Assembly (NCBI GenBank): GCA_937921735.1
Contig: CAKZTQ010000004.1
Location: 2,249 to 66,248, forward strand
DNA from: an uncultured archaeon
Lineage (GTDB): Archaea; Hadarchaeota; Hadarchaeia; Hadarchaeales; Hadarchaeaceae
DNA length: 64,000 bases
Direction: 5' to 3'
Of this stretch, positions 15,371 through 24,169 are shown one piece after another; the stretch's first letter is position 1, and every line of letters begins with the position of its first letter. The notes beneath the pieces were generated by a model. That model ran no database searches. It saw only the letters and a program-made list of their open reading frames with translations, and was not told where the DNA came from. The translations under genes and the position numbers were made by a program.

Positions 15371-16573
15371 TTACTTTCCAAATTCCTTCGCGATCTGCTC
15401 GACCACCGCGATGAACTTCTCGATCTCCTCCTCAAGGTTGAAATAGTGTACCGAGGCTCGCACGGTGCCGTCCACGCCCAAGTGTCGCATGGTGGGTTCA
15501 GCGCAATGATGGCCCGAGCGGACCGCGATGCCCGCGAGCTCATCCAGCATGGCGGCGACATCGTGGTGCCCGATGCCCTCGATGTTGAAGCTGACCACGC
15601 CTCCTCTCGCCTTTAGGTCCTGTGGCCCGTAGACTTGAACTTGCTCGATTTCCCCGATCTTCAGCATTCTGGCCGTCAGCTCCCGCTCCCGCTCAGCTAT
15701 GCGCTCGATCCCTATCTCGAGCACGTATTCCGCCGCTCGGCCGAGCCCTATGATGCCAGGGATGTTGGGCGTGCCGGCGTCGAAGACCTGAGGGGGCCCG
15801 ACCAACTTGTACGAGCGCTCGTCCACGCTCTCGACGATGCCCCCGCCCAGCAGCAGGGGCTCCAGCTCGCGGAAGCGATCCTTTCGCACGTAGAGGAAGC
15901 CGGTGCCCTGGGGCCCGAGCAAACCCTTGTGGCCGGGCGCAGCTAAGAAATCGCAGCCCATCGCCTTCACATCGACGGGCATGTGGCCGACCGCCTGGGA
16001 GGCGTCGACGAGGAAGAGGACATCGTGCTCCCTCGCCAGCTTGCTGATCTCCTCGACCGGCTGCAGGCTGCCGACGGCGTTGGAGACTTGGGTCATGGCG
16101 ATGAGGCGGGTCCTATCGTCTATGGCCGCGTCGACCTCGCTGGGCTCGATCAAGCAATCCCAGGTGGCGCCAACGACCTCGAGCTCCACCCCCCGCGTGC
16201 GCTCGAGGCGCTGCCATGGGATGAGGTTGCTGTGGTGCTCGAGCACGGTGGCGATGACCTTGTCCCCCTTTCCCAGCCGCAGGCCATGAGCGACGATGTT
16301 TATCGCCTCCGTCGCGTTCTTGGTGTACACGATCTCTTCCGGCTCAGCATTGATCACGCGGGCCAACTTGGAGCGGGTCGCCTCAAACGCCTCGGTCGCC
16401 CTCCTCGCCGCGCGGTGGAGGCCCCTCCCCACGTTAGCGCTGTATTCACGGAAGTACTCGAGCATGGCATCCAGCACGGGCTGCGGCGTGGGCGTGGTCG
16501 CGGCGCTGTCGAGGTAGATGATGCCCGTGCGGAGGAACGGGATCTCCGCCCTGACCTCCTCGACCGTCTTCAT
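15371..16573 (-). CDS. Cysteine desulfurase, SufS-like (class V aminotransferase)
   Basis: YLDSAATT, EHHSN, DASQAVGH, PGHKGLLGPQGTG, RSGHHCA motifs. Confidence 0.93.
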   Translation of the reverse strand: MKTVEEVRAEIPFLRTGIIYLDSAATTPTPQPVLDAMLEYFREYSANVGRGLHRAARRATEAFEATRSKLARVINAEPEEIVYTKNATEAINIVAHGLRLGKGDKVIATVLEHHSNLIPWQRLERTRGVELEVVGATWDCLIEPSEVDAAIDDRTRLIAMTQVSNAVGSLQPVEEISKLAREHDVLFLVDASQAVGHMPVDVKAMGCDFLAAPGHKGLLGPQGTGFLYVRKDRFRELEPLLLGGGIVESVDERSYKLVGPPQVFDAGTPNIPGIIGLGRAAEYVLEIGIERIAERERELTARMLKIGEIEQVQVYGPQDLKARGGVVSFNIEGIGHHDVAAMLDELAGIAVRSGHHCAEPTMRHLGVDGTVRASVHYFNLEEEIEKFIAVVEQIAKEFGK

Positions 16574-17463
16574 GTTTTCCCCTCGAGCTCGTCCCCCTCA
16601 GCCACCTTCGTGGGTTCCAAGTGCACCACCACCGACTCCAGCCCCCTCACCCTCGCCCTTAGCCTTCGCTCGACCTTAGTGGCTATAGCATGCGCGTCAT
16701 CCATGCTCACCTTCGGGTCGACGAGCACGTGTAGGTCCGCGAAGATCTTGGAGCCGACCTTTCTCGCCCGGCACCTGTGGCAGCCCTTCACGCCCGGAAC
16801 GCTTTGGCAGACCTTCCTGATCTCGGAAATCACCACCTCTCCGGGGCTCGCCTCCATGATGATATCCAGCGCGCGGCGACCCAAGCTCACCCCCCACCAC
16901 GCGACGAGCGCGGAGATGCCGAGCGCCACCAACGGGTCAGCGACCGGATACCCCAACCTGACGAAAGCAAGCCCCACCAGGACCGCGATGGTAGAGGCGG
17001 AGTCGGACAACGTGTGATAACCATCCGCCTCCACGGATGGGTGGTCGGTCCGCCTACCGACGCGGATCTTATAGCTCGCTAGCGCGGCGAAGAGGGGAAT
17101 ACTCGCAAAGGCTATGACGAAGAGCTCGAGCGTCGCCTCCATCTCGCCCCCTTTTAAAAGCCTTTCCGCAGCGAGGTAAGCTATGCGCCCGCCCGCCGCC
17201 ACCAGCACCACCGCGAGCAGGAGAAGCGCTATCGTCTCCGCCTGCCTGTGCCCGTAGGGGTGACCCCTGTCGGCCGGGCGCTTGGCTATCAGCAGCCCAC
17301 TGTAGACCGCGGCCGAGGTGGCGGTGTCGGAGAGAGCATCCATGCCGGCCGCGACGAACGCTATGCTGCCGAACAGCGAGCCCGCCACGATCTCCGCGGC
17401 CCCCACGGCTGTGGTAGCCACCATGGAGACGACGGTGGCCCTCTCTGCGGGGTCGTGAAGCAC
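16570..17463 (-). CDS. Cation diffusion facilitator (FieF-like) transporter
   Basis: DALSD, RPAD..HPYGH, DGYHTLSDS motifs and a C-terminal dimerisation domain (VVHLEP). Confidence 0.92.
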   Translation of the reverse strand: MLHDPAERATVVSMVATTAVGAAEIVAGSLFGSIAFVAAGMDALSDTATSAAVYSGLLIAKRPADRGHPYGHRQAETIALLLLAVVLVAAGGRIAYLAAERLLKGGEMEATLELFVIAFASIPLFAALASYKIRVGRRTDHPSVEADGYHTLSDSASTIAVLVGLAFVRLGYPVADPLVALGISALVAWWGVSLGRRALDIIMEASPGEVVISEIRKVCQSVPGVKGCHRCRARKVGSKIFADLHVLVDPKVSMDDAHAIATKVERRLRARVRGLESVVVHLEPTKVAEGDELEGKT

Positions 17464-17516
17464 TCAGCCACCCAAGAAAAAGAAACGATTTGATAGCCTA
17501 AAAGGAGTATCGACTG

Positions 17517-17774
17517 CTAAAGGAGGCGCCTGACGTCCAAGACTTGGACGTTGCCCACGCCCTTTATGCTGGCGAGCTCCCGCTCCAGCGGCTCCGTCCC
17601 ACCCGCGGCATCGGGCACGACGGCCACGACCCGCAGGGCCTCGAGTCCAAAAGCTATGGGCTCGCGCTGGACGGAATGGGCCTTTATGCGCGCCCTCACC
17701 TCCGCCTCGAGTTTCGAGAGGTCGACGTCGACGCTCTCGGGCATCAACCTCACGGTTACCGCGACTTCTCCCAC
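17517..17774 (-). CDS. ef1b: Elongation factor 1-beta
   Basis: MPESVDVDL, EPIAFGL, GGTE.LE motifs; 85 aa. Confidence 0.95.
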   Translation of the reverse strand: MGEVAVTVRLMPESVDVDLSKLEAEVRARIKAHSVQREPIAFGLEALRVVAVVPDAAGGTEPLERELASIKGVGNVQVLDVRRLL

Positions 17775-17783
17775 CTAAACCAC

Positions 17784-17948
17784 CTACGGCCCGACGAACC
17801 CACAGGACGGGCAGCGATAGGGATTGCTCAGCCTCCTACACTTCGCGCAGCGCCATATCTCGAAGTTCCCGCAGCTGGGGCATGGAAACTTCACCGCTCG
17901 ATCGCCCGGCGCGATCTCGCGATTGCAGGAGGTACACGTGGCCATCAT
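17784..17948 (-). CDS. Zinc-ribbon microprotein (DUF1610/HVO_2753 family)
   Basis: Manual translation MMATCTSCNREIAPGDRAVKFPCPSCGNFEIWRCAKCRRLSNPYRCPSCGFVGP. Four CxxC motifs; the usual neighbour of EF-1beta. Below the ORF-track cutoff. Confidence 0.92.
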   Translation of the reverse strand: MMATCTSCNREIAPGDRAVKFPCPSCGNFEIWRCAKCRRLSNPYRCPSCGFVGP

Positions 17949-18049
17949 CGCGACCCCACCCACCTTGGTTGGACCAGCTTTAACGTTTTCGCTTGTTCTG
18001 GCTGCCCGGCATGGACCAAGTTAAAATCCCATGGCACATATTTAATTAT

Positions 18050-18142
18050 GGGCCCGTAGTCTAGCCTGGATAGCTCAAGGCCCAGAGAGGACACAAGCCT
18101 GCGGAGCTTGCGGCCCGGGTTCGAATCCCGGCGGGCCCGCCA
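18050..18142 (+). tRNA. tRNA-Arg(GCG) with 16-nt D-loop intron (18072-18087)
   Basis: Acceptor GGGCCCG/CGGGCCC-GCCA, anticodon arm CAAGC-CTGCGGA-GCTTG, T arm CCGGG-TTCGAAT-CCCGG. Removing 18072-18087 restores a normal D arm. A BHB motif folds across the intron. Confidence 0.92.
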
Positions 18143-18146
18143 CTTT

Positions 18147-18902
18147 TTATCTGGTTAACAACTTCTCGAGCTGGGCGGCGTTCGAGTACATCTCGGTGTT
18201 GTTGAACATGATGTAGACCTCGCGGTACCTTCGCGAGAGCGCCCTCACCTTAGCTGCGAGGGTTTTGAGCTCGGCGAGCGAGTACTTGTACCTATAGTCG
18301 TACTCTCGTGGGTTAAGGCCGTGTAGCCTGAAGTACGCGATCTCGTGCCTCGAAACCGACTCCCGCCTCATCGGGTCCACGACGTGGATCAACTGGAGCT
18401 CTTCACACAGCCGCGAGATCTCGTCTGGGTGCTCCTTCCAATCGCCCCGCGGCTCCCAAGCGATGGTCAAGTTTCCCCTATCGATCTCGCTCAGGAACTT
18501 CCGCATGTTTTCGATGTTCTCCTGCGTGCAGTTGAAGTTCGGCGGGCACTGGATCACGCAAATTTTGGCCTCCAACGCCTCCGCGACTTGCCTCGTTCGC
18601 CCCCACGCCTCGAAGTTCTCGCGCGTCGGGCGGAGCCAGCCGTAGCGCCTTTTTTGCGCCTCGGTGAGCTTCAGGCCAGCTCGCCGCCAAGTGGGGCTAG
18701 TCGGCGGATGCGTGATGACTTGCCATGCCTTGAGGGTGAACTCGAAATCGCTCGGCACCTCAGCCCGCCATCGCTGCGCGGTCTTCAGCATGGGTAGCTT
18801 GTAGAAGGTCTGCTGGACCTCGACGATCGAGAACTTTCCGGCGTAAGCCTTGAGGCCACCCGGGAAGAAACCCCAGCCGCAACAGCCCACCTTGATCGCC
18901 AT
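18147..18902 (-). CDS. DUF72 domain protein
   Basis: KVGCCGW, VEVQQTFY, FEFTLKA, YFRLHG, MFNN motifs. Confidence 0.92.
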   Translation of the reverse strand: MAIKVGCCGWGFFPGGLKAYAGKFSIVEVQQTFYKLPMLKTAQRWRAEVPSDFEFTLKAWQVITHPPTSPTWRRAGLKLTEAQKRRYGWLRPTRENFEAWGRTRQVAEALEAKICVIQCPPNFNCTQENIENMRKFLSEIDRGNLTIAWEPRGDWKEHPDEISRLCEELQLIHVVDPMRRESVSRHEIAYFRLHGLNPREYDYRYKYSLAELKTLAAKVRALSRRYREVYIMFNNTEMYSNAAQLEKLLTR

Positions 18903-18906
18903 ACAC

Positions 18907-19884
18907 CTATCGCCTTGGCTTGGACTGGGCCAACCGTTCCCTGACGGCTGCCACCATCAGGGGAAATATTATGCTCGCGTCGCCTATTACCTGCACCGCC
19001 CTCGCTCGGCCGCTCACCTTGCCCCAGGACTTCGCCTCCTCCAAGGTGGCGCCGCTGAGCCCGCCTGGCTCTGGCCTGTCCATGGTTATCTGCACCGCGT
19101 AGTCGTAGCCCCCACGCTTGACCACGATCATCGCCTGTAGGATGAAGTTTTTCGGCACCCCTCCGCCCAGCATGATGGCACCGTTGCGCTTGGCCTTGCG
19201 CACTATCTCCATGAAGTCGTCGAGATCGGCGAAGGCTTCGACGAAGAAGGTTGGGCCGTGTTTGAGTTTAAACCTCCACACGTCTAGACCTATCGCCGAG
19301 TCTGAGATGGCAGGACAGAACACCGGCACTCCTTCGTCCGCCGCTGCGCGGAGGATCGAGTTTGGGTCGTCGATGCGCTTGCCAACCTCGTAGAGGAACT
19401 CGCGGATGGACATCTGTCTAGACGGGAGATCGTCGAGCAATTCTATGAAGCGCTCGTCGTACATGCTGAAGTTCTTCTCGTAAAGGAAGACGTCGTAGAT
19501 CCTATCTATCTGCAGCCTATATAGCTCGGCGTCGTCCACGATTGCGCTGCCCCTGTAGTGGGAGGCGCCGAACGCCTCGATCATGTCGTGAACCATGTTC
19601 GCGCCCGTCGTGACGAGCACATCGATGAGGTGGTCGCGAATTAAATCCGTGATCACCCGTCGCATCCCCCCCGGCACCAAAGCGCCGGCTAAGCCCAAGT
19701 AGGTCGTCGTGTCCTCTCGCGAGACCATCTCGTAGAAAATGTCTACGGCTTCCGCCACCCTGCCGGCACCGAACACACCGCACTTTCCGAACTCCCGAAT
19801 GAGCTCATCGACGGTCATGTCGCTATGGACCTTGATGTGCTCGATCCGCTTTTGGTACTCCTTCATCGCCCCTTTCATCGTCAC
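18907..19884 (-). CDS. dys: Deoxyhypusine synthase
   Basis: VLVTTGANMVHD, PAISDSAIG, GGGVPKN, GGLSGATLEEAKSWGK motifs. Confidence 0.95.
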   Translation of the reverse strand: MTMKGAMKEYQKRIEHIKVHSDMTVDELIREFGKCGVFGAGRVAEAVDIFYEMVSREDTTTYLGLAGALVPGGMRRVITDLIRDHLIDVLVTTGANMVHDMIEAFGASHYRGSAIVDDAELYRLQIDRIYDVFLYEKNFSMYDERFIELLDDLPSRQMSIREFLYEVGKRIDDPNSILRAAADEGVPVFCPAISDSAIGLDVWRFKLKHGPTFFVEAFADLDDFMEIVRKAKRNGAIMLGGGVPKNFILQAMIVVKRGGYDYAVQITMDRPEPGGLSGATLEEAKSWGKVSGRARAVQVIGDASIIFPLMVAAVRERLAQSKPRR

Positions 19885-20023
19885 ACCCAGCCATCTTCAA
19901 GCTCGCATGTAATAAAATTTTTGATAGTCGCTCGCGTGCTGAATATGGCAACATATGGCATTAGTTAGGCCATGATATAAGAGAAGAAAATTTTAAGACG
20001 GGAGGTTAAGATGTAAAAATGGT

Positions 20024-20149
20024 GCGGAGGTAACTCAGCCTGGGAGAGTGTCGGTCGGCTAGGTAATACCTAGTCGGGCAAAACTGAAGTTCCCAGGGAT
20101 GGATACGGATATCCGAATGTCGTGGGTTCAAATCCCACCCTCCGCACCA
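20024..20149 (+). tRNA. tRNA-Phe(GAA) with two introns (20055-20082 at position 30/31; 20090-20110 at 37/38)
   Basis: Removing both introns gives GCGGAGG TA ACTC AGCCTGGGA GAGT G TCGGA CTGAAGA TCCGA ATGTC GTGGG TTCAAAT CCCAC CCTCCGC ACCA (77 nt). TATA-like TTTTAAG ~30 nt upstream. Confidence 0.9.
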
Positions 20150-20513
20150 CAGGAGTCCGAAATACTAAAAGAAAGCCCGAATTTGATCCCTCGGTCATCA
20201 GTTAGTCGCTTTTGACATTCGGGGAAGGGATGAGGTGTATAGAATTCCTTTACCTAGCAAAATCAACAATAAAAATAGCCGCGAAAGAAATGGGGGATAA
20301 AGATAATCGAAGGGAGAATTCAAACTTAAAGAAGACGATACCTTTTCGTCATCTCGGAGGAAGGGTCCAGTGGTTCGTCAGATAGTTTACCTCGGCTTGA
20401 ATTTATACCAACCGACTATCCACATACTGAGGTCATTTGAATAGGCGCAACATCCCCAGCGATACATAATTTTGTATAAATAGGGGCCAAGCCAACCTCC
20501 TTCGGGTGCGGCT

Positions 20514-21074
20514 ATGGCTAAGGAGGTCGACGTTCGAGCCATCATAATTCAAGGACTATCGATTTTGTTGATTTGCGCCTCCATCGAGCTCGCTGCCGGC
20601 TTCACGCTGAAGGGCATGGAGAATCGCCTCGCTCTTCTTCCCGGCCTGCTCGTGATGGTCCCTCCGCTCCTCGACTTGAGGGGCAATATAAACGGCGCTT
20701 TGGCTTCGAGGCTAGGGACAGCGCTGCACACGGGTATTTTAGAGCCCCGCCTCGCTTTGACGGCCGAGGTTAAGACGAACATAATCTCGTCGCTGGTCCT
20801 CAGCCTACTCGCATCCGCGACGATCGGCGCGCTTTCGTTCATGGCATGCGTTCTGACAGGCGTCGAGACGATTGGCATCCTCAAATTGATGGCTATAGCT
20901 GTCGTGGCCGGTTTCACGTCCGGCGTTATCTTAGCTGTGATGACGTTTGCGGTAGCGGTCGTCGCGTACGTAAAGGGCTTGGATCCCGATAACGTTACAA
21001 GCCCCGCGATGGCGACGATCGGCGATTTCGTGACCGTCGCGTGCATTTTCTTGGCCGTACTTTTAGTGGGGTGA
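20514..21074 (+). CDS. MgtE/SLC41 integral membrane domain protein
   Basis: PPLLDLRGNINGALASRLGTALHTG and GLDPDNVTSP motifs. Confidence 0.9.
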   Translation: MAKEVDVRAIIIQGLSILLICASIELAAGFTLKGMENRLALLPGLLVMVPPLLDLRGNINGALASRLGTALHTGILEPRLALTAEVKTNIISSLVLSLLASATIGALSFMACVLTGVETIGILKLMAIAVVAGFTSGVILAVMTFAVAVVAYVKGLDPDNVTSPAMATIGDFVTVACIFLAVLLVG

Positions 21075-21078
21075 AGGC

Positions 21079-21639
21079 TTGGCGATCTACAACTTGCGCA
21101 GAATAGTACTCGAGAGCTATCCCATCCTGTTAGCGTGCGCGATAATAGGACTTTTCGCTGGCTACCTACTCAACTCTCAACTTGAAAAAATAAAGGAAGC
21201 ACCGTTAATCCTGTTGATGATCCCTCCGATAAACGGGATAGGCGGAAACATCGGCAGCATATTGGGGGCGAGACTAGCATCCGCGCTACATCTCGGCACG
21301 ATCGAACCCAAGTTTAAAAGGCAAAGGATATTGAGCAGCAATGTTCGGGCATCGGTGCTCATGAGCGTTGGGGTCTTCTCGTTTGTCAGCCTGTTGATAC
21401 TTGCTATCGCGTACATGCTTGGGGCAGTGTTTATGAGCTCGATCAGGTTCATGCTAACATTTTTCATCGCTAGCATGATGTTGGTACCGGCAATAATCTT
21501 CACAACCGTTGCGTCCGCATTTATATCATTCGCTAAGGGCTTCGATCCTGATAATGTAGTCATCCCCATCGAAACGTCCATCGTCGACGTACTAGGCGTA
21601 ACGTGCTTACTTATAGCAGTCAAAATAATAGGTGTGTGA
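21079..21639 (+). CDS. MgtE/SLC41 integral membrane domain protein (second half-transporter)
   Basis: PPINGIGGNIGSILGARLASALHLG and GFDPDNVVIP motifs. TTG start. Confidence 0.88.
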   Translation: MAIYNLRRIVLESYPILLACAIIGLFAGYLLNSQLEKIKEAPLILLMIPPINGIGGNIGSILGARLASALHLGTIEPKFKRQRILSSNVRASVLMSVGVFSFVSLLILAIAYMLGAVFMSSIRFMLTFFIASMMLVPAIIFTTVASAFISFAKGFDPDNVVIPIETSIVDVLGVTCLLIAVKIIGV

Positions 21640-21643
21640 GAAA

Positions 21644-22828
21644 GTGGAGGAAGTCGAATACAAACCGAAAAGCGTACGAGAGCTGTTGACGGAGATGAAG
21701 GACGTTTCGGATTCGATGGTGGATCTTGCCTACGCCTCGCTGCTTTTTGAAGACGATGAGATAGCGGAGCGAGTGCATGAGCTGGAGGCCCGCATGGATG
21801 AGCTCATGTATCGCATCAGGGTGATCGCCGCTGTGGCCGCGCGCAACGTCGAAGAAGCTAAAAAGATAACCGGCATTCTCCAGGTGGCGAGTGCGGCGGA
21901 GGCGATATCCAACGCAACCGGGGACATGGCAGATCTAGTCTTGAGGGGTATCAAAGTTCATCCGGTGGTTCGAGAGGCGATAGCAAAAGCTGACGAAAAA
22001 GTGGCAAAGATAGAGGTCAAAGAGGGCTCCATACTTGCTGGCAAGAGACTTTTCGAGCTTAGGCTACCATCCAGCATAGGCGTTTGGATCTTGACGATAA
22101 AGCGTGGTAAATCTTGGGTCGTCCCCACCAAAGGTACCGAGGCCCTAGCGGGCGATGTGTTGCTCGTGCGAGGACCAAAAGACGGTATAAATACGTTGAG
22201 CAAAATGGCCGGCATAGTGGGCACGATCAAAGTCGAAGGAGGGGGGCTGTCCTCCATTAGGGATGCGTTGGCGGAGATGCGAGACCTGAGTAGCGTGATG
22301 GTGGACATGGCATATTCCGCCATCCTGCTCGGATCGCGAGAGGCGGCTGAGTGGGTAAGGGAGTTAGAGGAAGAGTTCGATAAGCTTAACTACAGATTGT
22401 GGTTGGCCACGCTTAAAGCTGCGAGGCGGGAGCGCGACGTAGCCAAGCTCAATAGCGTGCTGCAAGTGGTGAAGTGTATGGAGAAGATATCAGACGCGGC
22501 GGATTCCATTGCCGACGTGGTCCTCCGGGGGGTTGAACTTCACCCGGTATTCGCCCATGCCCTCGCACAGGCTGATGAGCAGATAGCTAAAGTAGACGTC
22601 CTCGAAAGCTCGCCGTTGGTGAACAAGACCTTGGGCAAGCTAAATCTCTGGTCGACGGTGGGCGCTTATGTGCTCATGATCAAAAGGGGTAAAATCTACA
22701 TATTTAACCCTGGTATGAGAATTAGGCTCAAAGCTGGGGATTCCCTAATCGTTAGGGGATCCTCCCTCGGCGTCGAGAGGTTGAAGGGAATGGCTTCCGG
22801 GAGCGAAATTCCGCCGAGTGGGGTTTGA
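21644..22828 (+). CDS. PhoU-like/TrkA-C tandem-repeat regulatory protein
   Basis: Two repeats of EMKD.S..MVDLAY.A...E.ISDAA..IA followed by a TrkA_C domain. Start taken at GTG 21644. Confidence 0.88.
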   Translation: MEEVEYKPKSVRELLTEMKDVSDSMVDLAYASLLFEDDEIAERVHELEARMDELMYRIRVIAAVAARNVEEAKKITGILQVASAAEAISNATGDMADLVLRGIKVHPVVREAIAKADEKVAKIEVKEGSILAGKRLFELRLPSSIGVWILTIKRGKSWVVPTKGTEALAGDVLLVRGPKDGINTLSKMAGIVGTIKVEGGGLSSIRDALAEMRDLSSVMVDMAYSAILLGSREAAEWVRELEEEFDKLNYRLWLATLKAARRERDVAKLNSVLQVVKCMEKISDAADSIADVVLRGVELHPVFAHALAQADEQIAKVDVLESSPLVNKTLGKLNLWSTVGAYVLMIKRGKIYIFNPGMRIRLKAGDSLIVRGSSLGVERLKGMASGSEIPPSGV

Positions 22829-22844
22829 GGGTTGGGGGGATGAG

Positions 22845-23138
22845 GTGAAGATCAGCTGGTGTAAGGACATCGCAGACGTGGTGAACATCGCGAGGGGACA
22901 GGGCTGGATCTTCTACTACAATTACAAGGGGAAGCATTACTACTACGTTTACGCGGGAATTGAGGCCGAGCTGGTTTGCATTGCCACCGAACTGAACGAG
23001 CCGCTTAAGGCAAAGTACGTTTCCATCGATGAGGACGGCAAGCTGGTTTCATCTGATAAACCGATAATGCCCACGTGTGCTCGCGTTACGGAGGTACTCA
23101 AGGACAGCTCTTTCGAGGAGCTGCTTGGGCAAAGGTAG
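22845..23138 (+). CDS. Hypothetical protein
   Basis: Operon position after TrkA-C gene, GAGG RBS before GTG, globular composition. No family recognised. Confidence 0.7.
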   Translation: MKISWCKDIADVVNIARGQGWIFYYNYKGKHYYYVYAGIEAELVCIATELNEPLKAKYVSIDEDGKLVSSDKPIMPTCARVTEVLKDSSFEELLGQR

Positions 23139-23181
23139 GATTTTTAGCTCGACGCTAGCCTACCACCATAATGTCGCAATT

Positions 23182-23478
23182 TTAAACTTCGTGATGCCCG
23201 GAGACCTCCGCCTCCGCGCACAGGAGCTCTTGATACAACACCTGTAGCGCCCGCCCGATCCTTGACCTAGCGTTTATGCGGAATCTCCTATCCTCTTCAA
23301 CCAAGATGCCATATGCCTTCAGCTTCCGCAGACAGGATTCTAGAGTTCTCGGGGAGACCCCTGCGACCGACATCAGGTCGGCCTTGCCGTAGCTTCCGCC
23401 GGTCTTAAGCATAAAGCTGAGTATGCGTCCCTTAGCGGAATCCCCGAATATATAATCAAGCAACTCCTCGTTACTCAT
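23182..23478 (-). CDS. Winged helix-turn-helix protein
   Basis: IFGDSAKGRILSFML...ADLMSVAGVSPRTLESCLRKLKAYGIL HTH pattern. Confidence 0.75.
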   Translation of the reverse strand: MSNEELLDYIFGDSAKGRILSFMLKTGGSYGKADLMSVAGVSPRTLESCLRKLKAYGILVEEDRRFRINARSRIGRALQVLYQELLCAEAEVSGHHEV

Positions 23479-23530
23479 GGGTTACCAAAGAATTTTTCAC
23501 CGTTTACTTAAAAGTGTTTTACTTGATACT

Positions 23531-24076
23531 CTATCTCTCCAAGCTGAGCAGTGCCACGCGCTCGAGTAAGAGCTTTTGAACATCAGGACCTTCAGCCAAA
23601 TTTTTGGGTAGAGAGAAAACCTCGCGTAACCGCCGAGCCTTCTCAGGCGAAAGCTCTATGACGTTGTCATTTCGCTCGATGCGAAGTTCGCGGATGAGGT
23701 CCGATTGCGCTTTTTCAACTTGCTCTTGGTTATCACCGATCGTCAAGATCGCCAACTCTTTAGTGCCTCTCCGGATGCCAACTCTCTCGAGCGCCTTGTC
23801 TATTTGCCGTAGGCCAGCCGTCCAACACACTAGCTCCACCGCCAAGGAGCTGGCAAATCCCTCACCAGCGGTATGGGCCATCAACGCTAGGCGAGCGGCA
23901 TGCACCAAGTGCCCTTTGCCAGCGATGCGTGAAGCGTCGAATACTTGGCTCACCGTGTTATGTCTTCTATCGACGCTCGACAGTTTTTGGAGCATCCAAT
24001 CGACGTCCTCTACAACGGCCCTGCCGCCGATTATCCCGACCACGCGTTTCCCAAAGGGTCCGACGAGCTCGAACAT
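23531..24076 (-). CDS. cgi121: KEOPS complex subunit Cgi121
   Basis: QVFDA..IAG..HL..AA, ELVCWTAGLRQI..AL...GI motifs; C-terminal LERVALL. Confidence 0.9.
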   Translation of the reverse strand: MFELVGPFGKRVVGIIGGRAVVEDVDWMLQKLSSVDRRHNTVSQVFDASRIAGKGHLVHAARLALMAHTAGEGFASSLAVELVCWTAGLRQIDKALERVGIRRGTKELAILTIGDNQEQVEKAQSDLIRELRIERNDNVIELSPEKARRLREVFSLPKNLAEGPDVQKLLLERVALLSLER

Positions 24077-24169
24077 AAAACCACATCGTAAATTATCGGT
24101 AGGTTATTTGACGTTTGCGCGATGGGTTACAAAGTTTTAAGGAGGTAACTCGAGGTATCTCTTGGTATC

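Noticed and set aside
20124-20149. Search for a duplicated tRNA 3' end (att site) marking an integrated element
   Set aside because: I saw no second copy of either tRNA 3' end and no integrase in the window.
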